Assembly: GCA_022340305.1 (NCBI GenBank)
Contig: JAJDOF010000108.1
Span: 4,964-68,963, forward strand
Direction of reading: 5' to 3'
DNA length: 64,000 nucleotides
From: Gammaproteobacteria bacterium
Lineage (GTDB): Bacteria; Pseudomonadota; Gammaproteobacteria; GCA-001735895
The position numbers and the translations under genes were made by a program. Position 1 is the stretch's first letter; each line of letters opens with the position of its first letter. Shown in pieces: positions 52,729-63,404 of this stretch. Under the pieces are notes generated by a model. That model was not told the origin of the DNA and did not search any database. It worked only from the letters and a program-made list of their open reading frames with translations.

Positions 52729-53844
52729 ATGAAAAGGGTCGGTTTTGTTGGTTGGCGTGGCATGGTTGGATCGGTGTTGATGCAGCGTATGCTCGACGAA
52801 GGGGATTTTTCCAGGATCGAAGAGCCGGTTTTTTTCACGACCTCGCAGGCGGGTGGGGTGGGCCCCGATATCGGCAGGGAGATCCCGGCTTTGCGGGACG
52901 CCCATGATCTGCAGCAGTTGAGCGCAATGGATGCCATCGTCAGTTGCCAGGGTGGTGACTACACGACACAGATACACGCTGCATTGCGCAGTAGCGGATG
53001 GCAGGGTTACTGGATAGATGCGGCCTCAGCGCTGCGCATGCACGATGACAGCGTCATCATACTGGATCCGGTAAATCGCTCGGTCATCGACAATGCCCTG
53101 GTTGCAGGCAAGCGTGATTTTATCGGTGGTAATTGCACGGTAAGCCTGATGATGATGGCGATGGGTGGTTTGTTCGATCACGATCTGGTCGAGTGGATGA
53201 GCGTGATGACTTACCAGGCAGCCTCCGGCGGTGGTGCCCGCCACATGCGCGAATTGATTGCCGGGATGGGTAGTTTGCATCAGAGCGTGGCAGAATTACT
53301 CGATGATCCGGCATCGGCGATACTTGAAATTGATCGCCTGGTGACCGCGCGTTTGCGTTCGGCCGATTATCCCAGTGAACAATTTGGGGTGCCCCTGGCC
53401 GGTAGCCTGATCCCATGGATCGATACCCAACTCGACAATGGGCAGAGTCGCGAAGAGTGGAAGGCTGGTGTCGAGGCCAACAAGATTCTGGGGCGCACCA
53501 CTGACCTGATCCCCATCGATGGACTCTGTGTGCGGGTTGGTGCGATGCGTTGTCATTCGCAGGCGCTAACCGTGAAGCTCAGGCGCAATATCCCCGTCGA
53601 TGAAATTCGGCAAATGCTGGCCGAGTCGAACGACTGGGTTCAGGTTTTAGCAAACGACCGGCAGATTTCGATGGAGCATTTGACCCCGGCCGCGGTGACC
53701 GGTTCGCTTGATATTCCGGTAGGCAGGTTACGTAAACTGAATATGGGTGACGATTATCTCGCCGCATTCACGGTCGGTGATCAGCTGTTGTGGGGAGCAG
53801 CGGAACCTCTGCGGCGTATGTTAAACATCTTGCACGAGTATTAG
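52729..53844 (+). CDS. asd: Aspartate-semialdehyde dehydrogenase
   Basis: [19 protein letters not shown] and [11 protein letters not shown] motifs. Confidence 0.97.
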   Translation: MKRVGFVGWRGMVGSVLMQRMLDEGDFSRIEEPVFFTTSQAGGVGPDIGREIPALRDAHDLQQLSAMDAIVSCQGGDYTTQIHAALRSSGWQGYWIDAASALRMHDDSVIILDPVNRSVIDNALVAGKRDFIGGNCTVSLMMMAMGGLFDHDLVEWMSVMTYQAASGGGARHMRELIAGMGSLHQSVAELLDDPASAILEIDRLVTARLRSADYPSEQFGVPLAGSLIPWIDTQLDNGQSREEWKAGVEANKILGRTTDLIPIDGLCVRVGAMRCHSQALTVKLRRNIPVDEIRQMLAESNDWVQVLANDRQISMEHLTPAAVTGSLDIPVGRLRKLNMGDDYLAAFTVGDQLLWGAAEPLRRMLNILHEY

Positions 53845-53845
53845 C

Positions 53846-54793
53846 ATGACACATCGCATTGCGCTTTCTCACGCCAGTAGTGTCGCCGCCGAAGCCATAC
53901 TCGAAAAACTTCCCGAATCCGGCATAGCGTCGGATTCGCTGGTTTTACTGGATCATCAAACCAACCTCGGCAAACGCATTGCCTATGGCGGCACTCATCT
54001 GGCGTTGCTGGATCAGCAGCAGCACGATTTATCGGGTTGTTCGCTGTTGTTGATGCCGCAGGCCGAACCTGAACTCGAATCGTCCGCGTTGCAGCAAGGG
54101 TGTCTGTTGGTGAGTCATTCCATTGTGGATGAGCGCGCGCCAGTTTTTGTCGGGGTTGGTGATATGCCGTCGATCTCCTATAGTGAAACACGGCTGCGAC
54201 TCGCTGGCCCCGAATTGACGTGCCTGTTGCCGGCGCTGATTGAGCTCGAACAGCTGGCTGGTATCACGCAGTTGCACGTTACGCTGATGCGCAGCGCCGA
54301 GTTTCGCGGTAAGGCTGGAATCGATGAATTGGCGTCGCAAACGGTGAACCTGCTGAGTTCACGCGATATCGAACCCGTAGTCTATTCGCAACAGATCGCC
54401 TTCAACCTGTTACCCGAAGCGACAAGCCCACAGGTAGAAGCCGATTTCAGGCATTTTTTAGGAAATAGTTCCTGTTCGATTGCGCTGCAAACCGTTAATG
54501 TGCCGGTATTCCATGGATTTGCCGCGGCAGTGCAGATCGGGTTTGACGTCGATGTACCATTGAAGGACTGCGAAAGGCGATTGTCCGCCCTTGATAAGGT
54601 GACGATAAAAAATACCGATTCGAGTCCGATTGCCGACTGTAATCAGTCGTTTGGCTGTGTTATCAGCCAACTGAAACAGACCTCGAATCAACCCGCCAAC
54701 CTGCAATTTTGGATGGTTGCAGATCCCATGAGATACGGATTGGCAAATAATTACGTGAATGTTGCAGACTTTTTGCTAAAATCTTTTTTGTAA
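53846..54793 (+). CDS. usg: Usg / Asd-like protein (divergent)
   Basis: GKAGIDELASQT, QIAFNLLP and VPVFHG motifs; position between asd and fimV. Confidence 0.75.
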   Translation: MTHRIALSHASSVAAEAILEKLPESGIASDSLVLLDHQTNLGKRIAYGGTHLALLDQQQHDLSGCSLLLMPQAEPELESSALQQGCLLVSHSIVDERAPVFVGVGDMPSISYSETRLRLAGPELTCLLPALIELEQLAGITQLHVTLMRSAEFRGKAGIDELASQTVNLLSSRDIEPVVYSQQIAFNLLPEATSPQVEADFRHFLGNSSCSIALQTVNVPVFHGFAAAVQIGFDVDVPLKDCERRLSALDKVTIKNTDSSPIADCNQSFGCVISQLKQTSNQPANLQFWMVADPMRYGLANNYVNVADFLLKSFL

Positions 54794-54917
54794 TCTATAG
54801 TTACATCTACTTGTGAAAGTGCTTTCTTTAAAGTAAATTCTCTGGCTATCATCATAGGTGCATGGATTTAATGCACTTTTAAATAAGAAATAAGTTAGGG
54901 AGCTGGGAGACTAAAAC

Positions 54918-57900
54918 GTGCGTAATCTGGGACTAATAGTAGCATTGTGGTTGACGGTTTTTTTGCCGATAAACAGTTTTGCCCTGGGTCTTGGCGAGAT
55001 TGAAGTCAATTCATTTCTGAACCAGCCACTGAATGCGGAGATCCAGGTTATTTCCGCGCGCCCGGGTGAGATCGATGATCTTCTGGTTAGCCTGGCATCT
55101 CGCGAAGCCTTTAGCCGTGCCGGCCTCGAGCGTCCACTTCACCTGTCTGATCTCAAGTTCACAGTCAGGAGAAATGAATCAGGTGATAGCGCCGTGATCG
55201 TCGTAACCACGCGCGACTCCATAAAAGAGCCATTTCTTAATTTTCTTATCGAAGCAGACTGGTCCAAGGGTCGCCTGTTGCGTGAATTTACCGTTTTGCT
55301 GGATCCTCCCTTTTATGCTGATCAGCCCGCGGCTGCCGAAACGCTGGGACAAAGCAGTCTACCTGCGGCCACCGACGATGCCACGGCTAGCGATAGCATG
55401 TCGTCATCCGGTGCTGACCTGGCTTCCGATGAAGCTGCTGCGGATGGTTCCATTACCGAGCCGATTGCGCTATCCGGGGATGGTTCGAGATCGCAGGCAT
55501 CCACCACTATCTCGCAAACATCGAGTCCACCCTCCAGTAGCGAATACGTTACTGACGAAACTCAAAACATCATCCAGGGTGATGTTTTAGTCGTTAAGGG
55601 GGATACCTTGTGGAGTATCGCGTCGCGCTTCAAGGATGACGCCCACAGTATGGCCCAGGTGATGCTCGCTTTTCAGCGCACTAATCCGAACGCCTTCAAC
55701 GATGGCAATATCAACAACATGAAAGTGGGCGCGGTATTGCGCGCGCCGAGTGCCAATGAACTTGATGCCCTCTCGAAGCAGGCTGCCTATGCCGAAACCC
55801 TGGTGCAAAATGGTCTGTGGGATGAATATGTCGCCCGCGTCACCGGAGTTTCTCCAGCGCCTGGTGCCGCTGCTGCAGGCGATTCACAGTCAACCTCTGC
55901 AGGTGAATCTGAACCGCAGGGTGAACTGAGCCTGTTATTGCCGGGCGAGGGCGATAGCAGCTCGACGGGCACCGGTGAAAGTACCAATATCGGGCAGTTA
56001 CGGACCAAACTGGCGTTAGCTGAGGAAGAGCTGGAAGCTTCCCGTATTGAGAATAAAGATCTGGAATCCCGAATATCGGAGCTGCAGGCGCGACTTTCCA
56101 AGGTCGAAGAATTGCGGAAGATGGTCGAAATCCAGGACGATAGCCTCGCGCAGTTACAGGCCGGGCTGAGCGACAGTCAAACACAGGATATTGTCGATGG
56201 CGAAAGCGAAGACAGCATGGTTGAAGACGCTACGAGTAGTGGCGCAGCGGGTGCAAATACCGTTGAAGATACGATAAAGGCCGACGAAGAGGCATTGCTC
56301 GAAGAATTACTCGCCGAGGAAGCCACGGCGCAAGCCGAAGAGCAGGCCGCGCTGCAGAAAGGTGACATGCCCGATGGCGAGAGCGAGTCGGCCGTAGAGG
56401 ATGAAATTGTAAAAGTGCAGCCGATGGCCGACGGAACCGAGCAGATGGTCGACGACGAGGCGAGGCCAGCGGTGGCGGTTCCTCCTCCGGCACCCGTGAT
56501 TATTACCGAACCGACGAGCAGTAGCGGTGGCTCGATGCTTGACGGCATATTACCGCAGGAAGTCGTCGACATGCTCCCGTCGATGGGTGGTATTTTCAGT
56601 AATCCAATTATTCTTGCTGCGCTCGGTGGTGTCATTGTTCTGTTGTTGGTCCTGGTCGTAATCAAGCGTAGAAAAGCCGCGGAGGATGATGATTTTGGCC
56701 TTGGTAGCGATACTGGTAATGATGATTTGTTCGCCAACGATGACGAAGATGAGTTGACGCCGATCCATCTGGCTGAAGTCGAAGATCAGCTAGAAACCGA
56801 TATAGAAGTCCCCGCTGCGGAGGATAAGGTAACTGCGGAAATATCTGCCGGGCCTGCAGAGGAAGTCGAGGACGAATTCGCTGCGACCGCAATTATTTCA
56901 GCGGCCGACATGCCCCAGTCCCCGGCACCGGCGACTCCGGTTGCTGAACAGGATGACGTGCTGAATGAAGTCGACGTCTATCTCGCCTATGGTTTGTACG
57001 ACAACGCTGAAGATCTGTTGAAGAATAGTCTGGTTGAGAATCCCGATCGAGCGGATTATCGTTCGAAACTGCTGGATACCTATTTTGCGACCAGGAAGGT
57101 GGATGACTTTGTTAAGGAAGCTGAAAACCTCAAGGGGATGGGCGACCTGGGAAGCGCGTACTGGAATCGCGTGCAAATCATGGGTTATGAGCTGGCGCCA
57201 GATAACGCATTATTTTCCGCCGCCAAGGATAGCGGGCTTAGCGCCGCCGACCTCGAGATAGCCAAACCCCAGGAGGCCGATTTTGACCTCGGTGCGGCCG
57301 AAGACGAAGACGTCAGTTTCTCCACTACGGACTTTAATCTCGGAGAGGAAGATGGCGGTAGTGATTTCGGTGGTGCCACAAACCTGACTGCGGGCGGCGA
57401 ACTGGAGTCTACCCAGCAGATTCCCACCAAGGCGGGTAAATCGCCAGCGCTAGATGATGATAGCGATGCCGCAGATGACTCGTTTGAACTGCCAGACGAC
57501 ATAGGCGATGAACTCGAATTCTCAATGGACGATGATGCCGCGGGCGCTGAGTTACCGGCTGGTTCGGAATTAGCGGATGACGAAACCGGTGAATTTGGCA
57601 TGCTGGACGATCTTGATCTCGAAGATTTCGGCGCAGACGAAGTCGACCAGGCTGCTGATGATGACGAAGTCGCACTTGATTTTGGCATGGAGGATGAGGA
57701 GGACGGCGACGACCAGGTGGGGGCCAAAACGGAAATAATCACTCCTAACTACGATGAAACTGCAGTTCTCGAGATGGAGGATGACGACGAAGACGTTACT
57801 GCTGATGACTTCACGGATGGAGACGAAGACGGCATAGACCTGGGGATGGAAGACACGGCATTGAAGACTTCCGAGGACCACATCGAAGATACCGGTGAAC

Positions 57901-58313
57901 TGGTGCTCGATGTCCAGGACGGCACCGAGGATATCTCGATCATAGATTTTGGTGGAAACGACTTCGAAGAACCGACAGATAAAGTCCCGTCAATTTCCGA
58001 TTCTGAGCTCGATATTGATGATGATGACTTTGTGCTCGATGACGAAGACGATAAAGACGCCAGAACGGGCACTTTTGCGCCGGGTGATTTTGACGAACCG
58101 ACCGCCGTCGTCGACTCGCTGGCTAATCTTGATGATATGGATGATCTCATGCTGCCGGACGATGTGGACGAAGTATCGACCAAGCTCGATCTGGCGCGCG
58201 CTTTTATCGATATGGGCGATACCGAGGGTGCCCGCGGTAGTCTCGAAGAGGTAATGTCGGAAGGTAATGCTGAACAGAAGGCCGAAGCCAGGACCTTGCT
58301 GGATCAGATTTAA
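54918..58313 (+). CDS. fimV: Polar hub protein FimV/HubP
   Basis: ALGLGEIEVNSFLNQPL, LysM VVKGDTLWSIA, coiled coil, TM helix, EVDVYLAYG, acidic region and C-terminal TKLDLARAFIDMGD. Confidence 0.93.
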   Translation: MRNLGLIVALWLTVFLPINSFALGLGEIEVNSFLNQPLNAEIQVISARPGEIDDLLVSLASREAFSRAGLERPLHLSDLKFTVRRNESGDSAVIVVTTRDSIKEPFLNFLIEADWSKGRLLREFTVLLDPPFYADQPAAAETLGQSSLPAATDDATASDSMSSSGADLASDEAAADGSITEPIALSGDGSRSQASTTISQTSSPPSSSEYVTDETQNIIQGDVLVVKGDTLWSIASRFKDDAHSMAQVMLAFQRTNPNAFNDGNINNMKVGAVLRAPSANELDALSKQAAYAETLVQNGLWDEYVARVTGVSPAPGAAAAGDSQSTSAGESEPQGELSLLLPGEGDSSSTGTGESTNIGQLRTKLALAEEELEASRIENKDLESRISELQARLSKVEELRKMVEIQDDSLAQLQAGLSDSQTQDIVDGESEDSMVEDATSSGAAGANTVEDTIKADEEALLEELLAEEATAQAEEQAALQKGDMPDGESESAVEDEIVKVQPMADGTEQMVDDEARPAVAVPPPAPVIITEPTSSSGGSMLDGILPQEVVDMLPSMGGIFSNPIILAALGGVIVLLLVLVVIKRRKAAEDDDFGLGSDTGNDDLFANDDEDELTPIHLAEVEDQLETDIEVPAAEDKVTAEISAGPAEEVEDEFAATAIISAADMPQSPAPATPVAEQDDVLNEVDVYLAYGLYDNAEDLLKNSLVENPDRADYRSKLLDTYFATRKVDDFVKEAENLKGMGDLGSAYWNRVQIMGYELAPDNALFSAAKDSGLSAADLEIAKPQEADFDLGAAEDEDVSFSTTDFNLGEEDGGSDFGGATNLTAGGELESTQQIPTKAGKSPALDDDSDAADDSFELPDDIGDELEFSMDDDAAGAELPAGSELADDETGEFGMLDDLDLEDFGADEVDQAADDDEVALDFGMEDEEDGDDQVGAKTEIITPNYDETAVLEMEDDDEDVTADDFTDGDEDGIDLGMEDTALKTSEDHIEDTGELVLDVQDGTEDISIIDFGGNDFEEPTDKVPSISDSELDIDDDDFVLDDEDDKDARTGTFAPGDFDEPTAVVDSLANLDDMDDLMLPDDVDEVSTKLDLARAFIDMGDTEGARGSLEEVMSEGNAEQKAEARTLLDQI

Positions 58314-58352
58314 TAGTCGTCGCGGGGTGTCTGACCCCGCGCCAGATTGACG

Positions 58353-58382
58353 GCCTGTGGCGTAAGCTGCAGGCTTTTTTTT
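58353..58382 (+). terminator. Rho-independent terminator after fimV
   Basis: GCCTGTGGC-GTAA-GCTGCAGGC followed by T8; a second hairpin CGCGGGGT-GTCTG-ACCCCGCG lies at 58321-58341. Confidence 0.75.
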
Positions 58383-58551
58383 GCATCGACTGCAGGAATT
58401 TTGGCATCCTCGTGCCCTTAACATTCCGTCTGGGATGCCTGCTGCGTCGCTACTCTGTGATAGGGAATATGCGCATAGGCTTGTTTTTCGTACCGAGGGA
58501 ACCAAATATGCGAACTTTAGATTGTAAACTAACAAAATCGTGGTCGGATTA

Positions 58552-59331
58552 GTGAAATATGCCGTGGGCGTCGAGTACCGTGGCTCGGCCTATTGTGGCT
58601 GGCAGCGTCAGCCGCATTGTGATTCCGTTCAGCAAAACCTTGAGCAGGCGCTCAGTTTTGTCGCCGATCACGCGATCGAACTGGTCTGTGCGGGGCGTAC
58701 CGATAGCGGTGTGCATGCAGTAGAGCAGGTCGCTCATTTCAATAGCATGTCCAAACGCAGTGAGCGCGCCTGGTTGATGGGGGCAAATTGCCGCTTGCCA
58801 CGCGATATTCGAATTAAATGGGTGGTGCCGGTATCGGATGATTTTCATGCCCGTTTTGGCGCACAGGCCCGCGCTTATCGCTACCTTATTCTTAATAATA
58901 CGGTTCCCAGTGCCTTATTCCATGATCTCAGCGCCTGGGAGTTTCGTGATCTCGACCACCACAAGATGCATGAATGCGCTCAGATCTTACTCGGTGAGCA
59001 CGATTTCAGCAGTTTTCGCGCGGTTGGTTGCCAGGCGAAATCGGCGAGTCGCAATGTGCAGGATATTTCGGTTTCACGCCGTGGTGAGCTGGTGATGCTG
59101 GATATCAGGGCGAATGCCTTTCTTTATCACATGGTGCGTAATATCGCCGGCAGCCTGATATCGATTGGACGAGGTGAACATGATATTGACTGGTTCATCG
59201 GATTGCTCGATGCTCGCGATCGGAATCTGGCCCCAGCCACAGCGCCGGCGGCCGGATTGTACTTTGTCCACGCCAGCTACGAAGCGCAATTTAAGCTCCC
59301 CATTGGTGATAAAAAACCCGTATTATTCTGA
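58552..59331 (+). CDS. truA: tRNA pseudouridine(38-40) synthase
   Basis: GWQRQ, AGRTDSGVHA, FHARF and AFLYHMVRNI motifs. Confidence 0.96.
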   Translation: MKYAVGVEYRGSAYCGWQRQPHCDSVQQNLEQALSFVADHAIELVCAGRTDSGVHAVEQVAHFNSMSKRSERAWLMGANCRLPRDIRIKWVVPVSDDFHARFGAQARAYRYLILNNTVPSALFHDLSAWEFRDLDHHKMHECAQILLGEHDFSSFRAVGCQAKSASRNVQDISVSRRGELVMLDIRANAFLYHMVRNIAGSLISIGRGEHDIDWFIGLLDARDRNLAPATAPAAGLYFVHASYEAQFKLPIGDKKPVLF

Positions 59332-59332
59332 T

Positions 59333-59995
59333 ATGCAAAGTCGAACACGAATCAAGGTTTGCGGGATTACCCGTCTGCAGGATGCACTGCAGGCAAGCGA
59401 TTGTGGCGCCGATTCCATCGGCCTGGTGTTTCATCCTCCGAGTCCGCGCTTTATCGACCCGGAGGCTGCGCTGGAGATTAGTCGTGCGCTGCCGCCCTTT
59501 GTTACGGTTACGGCCCTGTTTCTGGATGAAAAAGAAGACTGGGTAGCGGAGGTTGTGCAGCGCCTGCAACCTGATTGCCTGCAGTTTCATGGTAATGAGC
59601 CGCCCGAATTTTGCGAAATCTGGGGTCGACCCTATATCAAGTCCATACCGATGGGCAGTATCGTGGATCCCTGTGCCTATGCTCAGCTGCATGAAAACGC
59701 GCAGGGTTTCCTATTCGACAGTAACGTTGCTGGACGTCAGGGCGGATCAGGTGATACATTTGACTGGTTAAAAATCCCCCCAGCTTTCGAACATCGGTTG
59801 ATCCTGGCCGGAGGTATCAATCCGTCGAATGTAGCTGACGCAATAATCCAGGTGAAGCCCTGGGCTGTTGATGTCAGTAGTGGCGTGGAAGCGTCTCGGG
59901 GTGTCAAGAACAGCGATTTAATCGAACAATTTTTTCACGGGGTGAAATGTGGTGACGCCAGAAAATCAGAGCAAGATAGCGTTGTGCCACGATGA
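59333..59995 (+). CDS. trpF: Phosphoribosylanthranilate isomerase
   Basis: IKVCGIT, LQFHGNE, ILAGGI and VDVSSGVE motifs. Confidence 0.95.
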   Translation: MQSRTRIKVCGITRLQDALQASDCGADSIGLVFHPPSPRFIDPEAALEISRALPPFVTVTALFLDEKEDWVAEVVQRLQPDCLQFHGNEPPEFCEIWGRPYIKSIPMGSIVDPCAYAQLHENAQGFLFDSNVAGRQGGSGDTFDWLKIPPAFEHRLILAGGINPSNVADAIIQVKPWAVDVSSGVEASRGVKNSDLIEQFFHGVKCGDARKSEQDSVVPR

Positions 59996-60020
59996 TTAAC
60001 CAGACAGAACGGGGCATCGT

Positions 60021-60884
60021 ATGAACTGGTTCGAAAAACTGATGCCATCGAAGATACGTACTTCGGGCGCCAACGATAAGAAGAATGTACCCGAAGGCCT
60101 TTGGGCCAAGTGCAGTAATTGCGATGCGATTATTTATCGTGCCGAACTGGAACGTAACCAGGAAGTTTGCACCAAGTGCGATTTTCACATGCGCATCGGA
60201 GCGCGGCGTCGACTTGAATACTTTTTTGACGAGGACGGGCCGGTAGAAATTGCGCCGGACCTTGAAGCCGAGGATGTCCTCAAGTTCAAGGACGACAAGC
60301 GTTATCGTGACCGTCTGCTGCAGGCACAGAAACAAACCGGCGAGAAGGATGCCTTGCTGGCGATGCGCGGGACTGTACTGGGAATCGAAATGGTTGCAGT
60401 CGCGTTTGAGTTTCGTTTCATGGGTGGTTCCATGGGTTCCGTGGTTGGCGAAAAATTTGTACGTGCGGTGAATATTTGCATCGAACAGGGTTTGCCGCTG
60501 GTCTGTTTTACCGCAAGTGGTGGAGCGCGCATGCAGGAGGCGCTGTTTTCCCTGCTACAGATGGCGAAGACCAGCGCCGCATTGACGCGCCTGGCGAAGC
60601 GGGGTTTGCCGTATATTTGTGTGCTGACCGATCCCACCATGGGCGGTGTCTCTGCCAGTTTTGCGATGCTGGGTGATATTCATATTGCCGAGCCCGGCGC
60701 GTTGATCGGTTTCGCCGGCCCGCGCGTCATCGAACAAACAGTGCGCGAAACACTGCCGGAGACATTTCAGCGCAGTGAGTTCCTGCTTGAGCATGGCGCG
60801 ATCGACATGATCGTCGATCGGCGCGAGTTGCGTGACAAGATCAGCTCGCTATGCGCCATGCTGACGGGGCAAACGGTACCCTAA
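60021..60884 (+). CDS. accD: Acetyl-CoA carboxylase carboxyltransferase beta subunit
   Basis: C4 zinc finger, [20 protein letters not shown] and [11 protein letters not shown] motifs. Confidence 0.97.
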   Translation: MNWFEKLMPSKIRTSGANDKKNVPEGLWAKCSNCDAIIYRAELERNQEVCTKCDFHMRIGARRRLEYFFDEDGPVEIAPDLEAEDVLKFKDDKRYRDRLLQAQKQTGEKDALLAMRGTVLGIEMVAVAFEFRFMGGSMGSVVGEKFVRAVNICIEQGLPLVCFTASGGARMQEALFSLLQMAKTSAALTRLAKRGLPYICVLTDPTMGGVSASFAMLGDIHIAEPGALIGFAGPRVIEQTVRETLPETFQRSEFLLEHGAIDMIVDRRELRDKISSLCAMLTGQTVP

Positions 60885-60918
60885 GCACGTTTCTCATATC
60901 TCTTTAAAATCACAATCC

Positions 60919-62199
60919 ATGCGCTTAGATACGCTCGACCAATGGCTGGAATGGCAGACCGTTCTGCACGATAAGGCGATAGACCTGGGTCTTGATCGGG
61001 TGCGCGAAGTTGCCGATCGATTGGGAATCGACAAGATTGCAGAGCGGGTGATTACCGTCGCAGGCACCAATGGCAAGGGCTCAACCGTTGCCGCCTATGA
61101 AAACTGGTTACATCGGGCCGGGTATTCGGTTGCTAGCTACACTTCACCGCATTTGCTGGTTTACAACGAACGAATCCGCCATAACCTCAGGCTTGCTTCT
61201 GATGATGAGCTTTGCGCAGCTTTTGCCGCGGTCGAAGATGCCCGTGCGGAAACGGCCCTGACCTATTTTGAGTTTGGTACCCTGGCTGCCCTGTATTTCA
61301 TGCAACAGCGACTTCCGGATTTTGCGATCCTTGAAGTTGGGCTTGGCGGTCGCCTGGATGCGGTTAACATCATCGACGCGGACCTGGTGCATTTGACTCC
61401 CATTGGACTGGATCATCAGTCCTACCTGGGCGACGACAGGGAATCGATTGGCTTCGAAAAAGCGGGCGTACTGCGCGCGGGTGTAGCGGTGGTGTTGAAC
61501 GATGCGCAACCCCCACAGTCGGTGCTCGCTGAAATCGATCGCCTCGATTGCAGATGTTTGCAACTCGGCCGCGATTATCGGTTTACCCTGCAACAAGACG
61601 ATCAATTTCTATGGTACGGCAAGGATCGCGAATATCGACTGGACAATGTGTTATGTGGTGCTCACCAGGCACAAAATCTGGCCGGTGTAGTTGCCGGCTT
61701 ATCCCTGTTGCTGTCCCTGGATGACTTCGGCCCGGATCAGGTGCGTAGCGGATTTCACGGTACGCGGATCGCCGGGCGCCTGCAGTTACTGCAGAGTCCG
61801 TTGGCTTGCCAATTGATGGCCGACGTAGGGCATAACCAGGATGCGGCGCGGGCGTTGGCAGAAAGCCTGCTCAGGCTGCGCCATGACAAGGGCCGTGTCG
61901 TGGTTTTGCTCGGGATGCTTAAGGATAAGCAACCGGATTTGTTTGTTGAAGCTTTGCAACCTGTCGTTGACTACTGGTGGTTTATCACGCTGGACACGGA
62001 ACGAGGTCTCGATGCAGCCGCCCTGGCGGCAAGAGTCGGTTCCCAGGTAGAGGCAAAACAGCACTTCGAGCGAATCGACAACGCGCTCGATCATGCGCTG
62101 TCATCTTTGACCAATCAGGATATAATGTTGGTTACCGGCTCTTTCGTAACCGTCGAATTGTTACTCCGCGCACTATCCGCTTCAGGCGAATTTAACTAA
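60919..62199 (+). CDS. folC: Folylpolyglutamate synthase/dihydrofolate synthase
   Basis: VAGTNGKGS, YTSPHL, LEVGLGGRLDAVN and DVGHN motifs. Confidence 0.96.
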   Translation: MRLDTLDQWLEWQTVLHDKAIDLGLDRVREVADRLGIDKIAERVITVAGTNGKGSTVAAYENWLHRAGYSVASYTSPHLLVYNERIRHNLRLASDDELCAAFAAVEDARAETALTYFEFGTLAALYFMQQRLPDFAILEVGLGGRLDAVNIIDADLVHLTPIGLDHQSYLGDDRESIGFEKAGVLRAGVAVVLNDAQPPQSVLAEIDRLDCRCLQLGRDYRFTLQQDDQFLWYGKDREYRLDNVLCGAHQAQNLAGVVAGLSLLLSLDDFGPDQVRSGFHGTRIAGRLQLLQSPLACQLMADVGHNQDAARALAESLLRLRHDKGRVVVLLGMLKDKQPDLFVEALQPVVDYWWFITLDTERGLDAAALAARVGSQVEAKQHFERIDNALDHALSSLTNQDIMLVTGSFVTVELLLRALSASGEFN

Positions 62200-62201
62200 G
62201 T

Positions 62202-62798
62202 ATGGAACAAAATATTAAGAACCGCCTGGTTGGGATTATTGTTGTTTTTGCGTTGGCGGTAATCTTCCTGCCCATGATTCTGGATGGATCAGGGATGCGC
62301 AAGGAGAAATTCGAGATTGTGATTCCACCGCCACCGGCGGTTGACTCGAATGCGCAATTTGACAGTAAAATTATCGAACTCAATGACAAGGCAGACGCTA
62401 TCCCCGAGCTTGAGCAGCGCTTCGTCGATGAAGTCAGCAGTGAAAATCAGGTCAAGCGAACTGCGGTCACTGATGAAACGCCAGAAGAACAGGAGAATGC
62501 AGCCGAACCGGCTTCGGCGCCGGCGACTGGCATGGCCGAACCGGCCCGGGTCGGGGGTACCAGCTGGGTCCTGCAAGTTGGCAGTTTTCAGGATCGCAAC
62601 AAGGCGCTGATACAGCGCGATAAGCTGCGTAAATCCAATATCGCCGCCGTTTTTATCGAACAATTCAATGTCAATAACAAACCCAGTTACCGTGTTCGCC
62701 TTGGTCCATTTGTCAACCGTGAGCAGACCCGGGTGGCGCAAAACAAGATCAAGGCCAAGCATGACATCGATGGCATAATCATGAAGTATGAAAGATAA
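62202..62798 (+). CDS. dedD: SPOR-domain cell division protein DedD
   Basis: NRLVGIIVVFALAVIFLPMILDG anchor and SPOR domain WVLQVGSF...YRVRLGP. Confidence 0.85.
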   Translation: MEQNIKNRLVGIIVVFALAVIFLPMILDGSGMRKEKFEIVIPPPPAVDSNAQFDSKIIELNDKADAIPELEQRFVDEVSSENQVKRTAVTDETPEEQENAAEPASAPATGMAEPARVGGTSWVLQVGSFQDRNKALIQRDKLRKSNIAAVFIEQFNVNNKPSYRVRLGPFVNREQTRVAQNKIKAKHDIDGIIMKYER

Positions 62799-62887
62799 TC
62801 ACGTCTTTCCCAGGGCAACAGACAGGTTAATGGTCGATTTTTTTCTCTCAGGTATTCAATTCGCTCGATGGTACAACGAGGTGCATC

Positions 62888-63376
62888 ATGGCCTGGGTTG
62901 ATCTCGTCATCATCGGGGTGATCGGGTTATCCGCGCTGATCAGTCTGATTCGAGGTTTCGTCAAGGAGTCGATCTCACTGGTGACCTGGGTGGCTGCCGG
63001 ATTGATTGCCCTGCGTTATTACGCGCCGATGGCCGACTTGCTGGAACCTTTCGTCAGCTCGGCCCCCCTGCGCCAATGGGTTGGTGGCGGTATCCTGTTT
63101 GTGGTCACGCTGATCGTTGGCGCCATCGTCAATTTCATCATCAGTCAGTTGGTTTCAAAAACTGGCCTGAGTGGTACCGATAAAGCTCTGGGTGTCGTTT
63201 TCGGGGCAGCTCGCGGAGTGCTTATCGTTACCATGGTTGTGTTGCTTGCGAGCCTGACGCCGATGCCAGAGGCTTCCTGGTGGCAGGAATCTGCAACGAT
63301 AGGGTTTTTTCAGCAATTGGCTGTATGGATCAAAGGGGTTATTCCCGCGGATGCGGTTGGTCAATTCAACTTTTAA
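62888..63376 (+). CDS. cvpA: Colicin V production protein CvpA
   Basis: RGFVKESISL and LSGTDKALGVVFGAARG motifs; upstream of purF. Confidence 0.92.
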   Translation: MAWVDLVIIGVIGLSALISLIRGFVKESISLVTWVAAGLIALRYYAPMADLLEPFVSSAPLRQWVGGGILFVVTLIVGAIVNFIISQLVSKTGLSGTDKALGVVFGAARGVLIVTMVVLLASLTPMPEASWWQESATIGFFQQLAVWIKGVIPADAVGQFNF

Positions 63377-63404
63377 TCAGGCCTAACTCGCCGGGTTGTA
63401 TTTT

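Noticed and set aside
57240-58170. Very Asp/Glu-rich, low-complexity stretch with GATGAC-like repeats
   Set aside because: The normal acidic cytoplasmic region of FimV/HubP; not a CRISPR array or repeat element.
59995-60021. No trpB/trpA between trpF and accD
   Set aside because: The same arrangement occurs in Pseudomonas-like genomes, where trpBA lie elsewhere.
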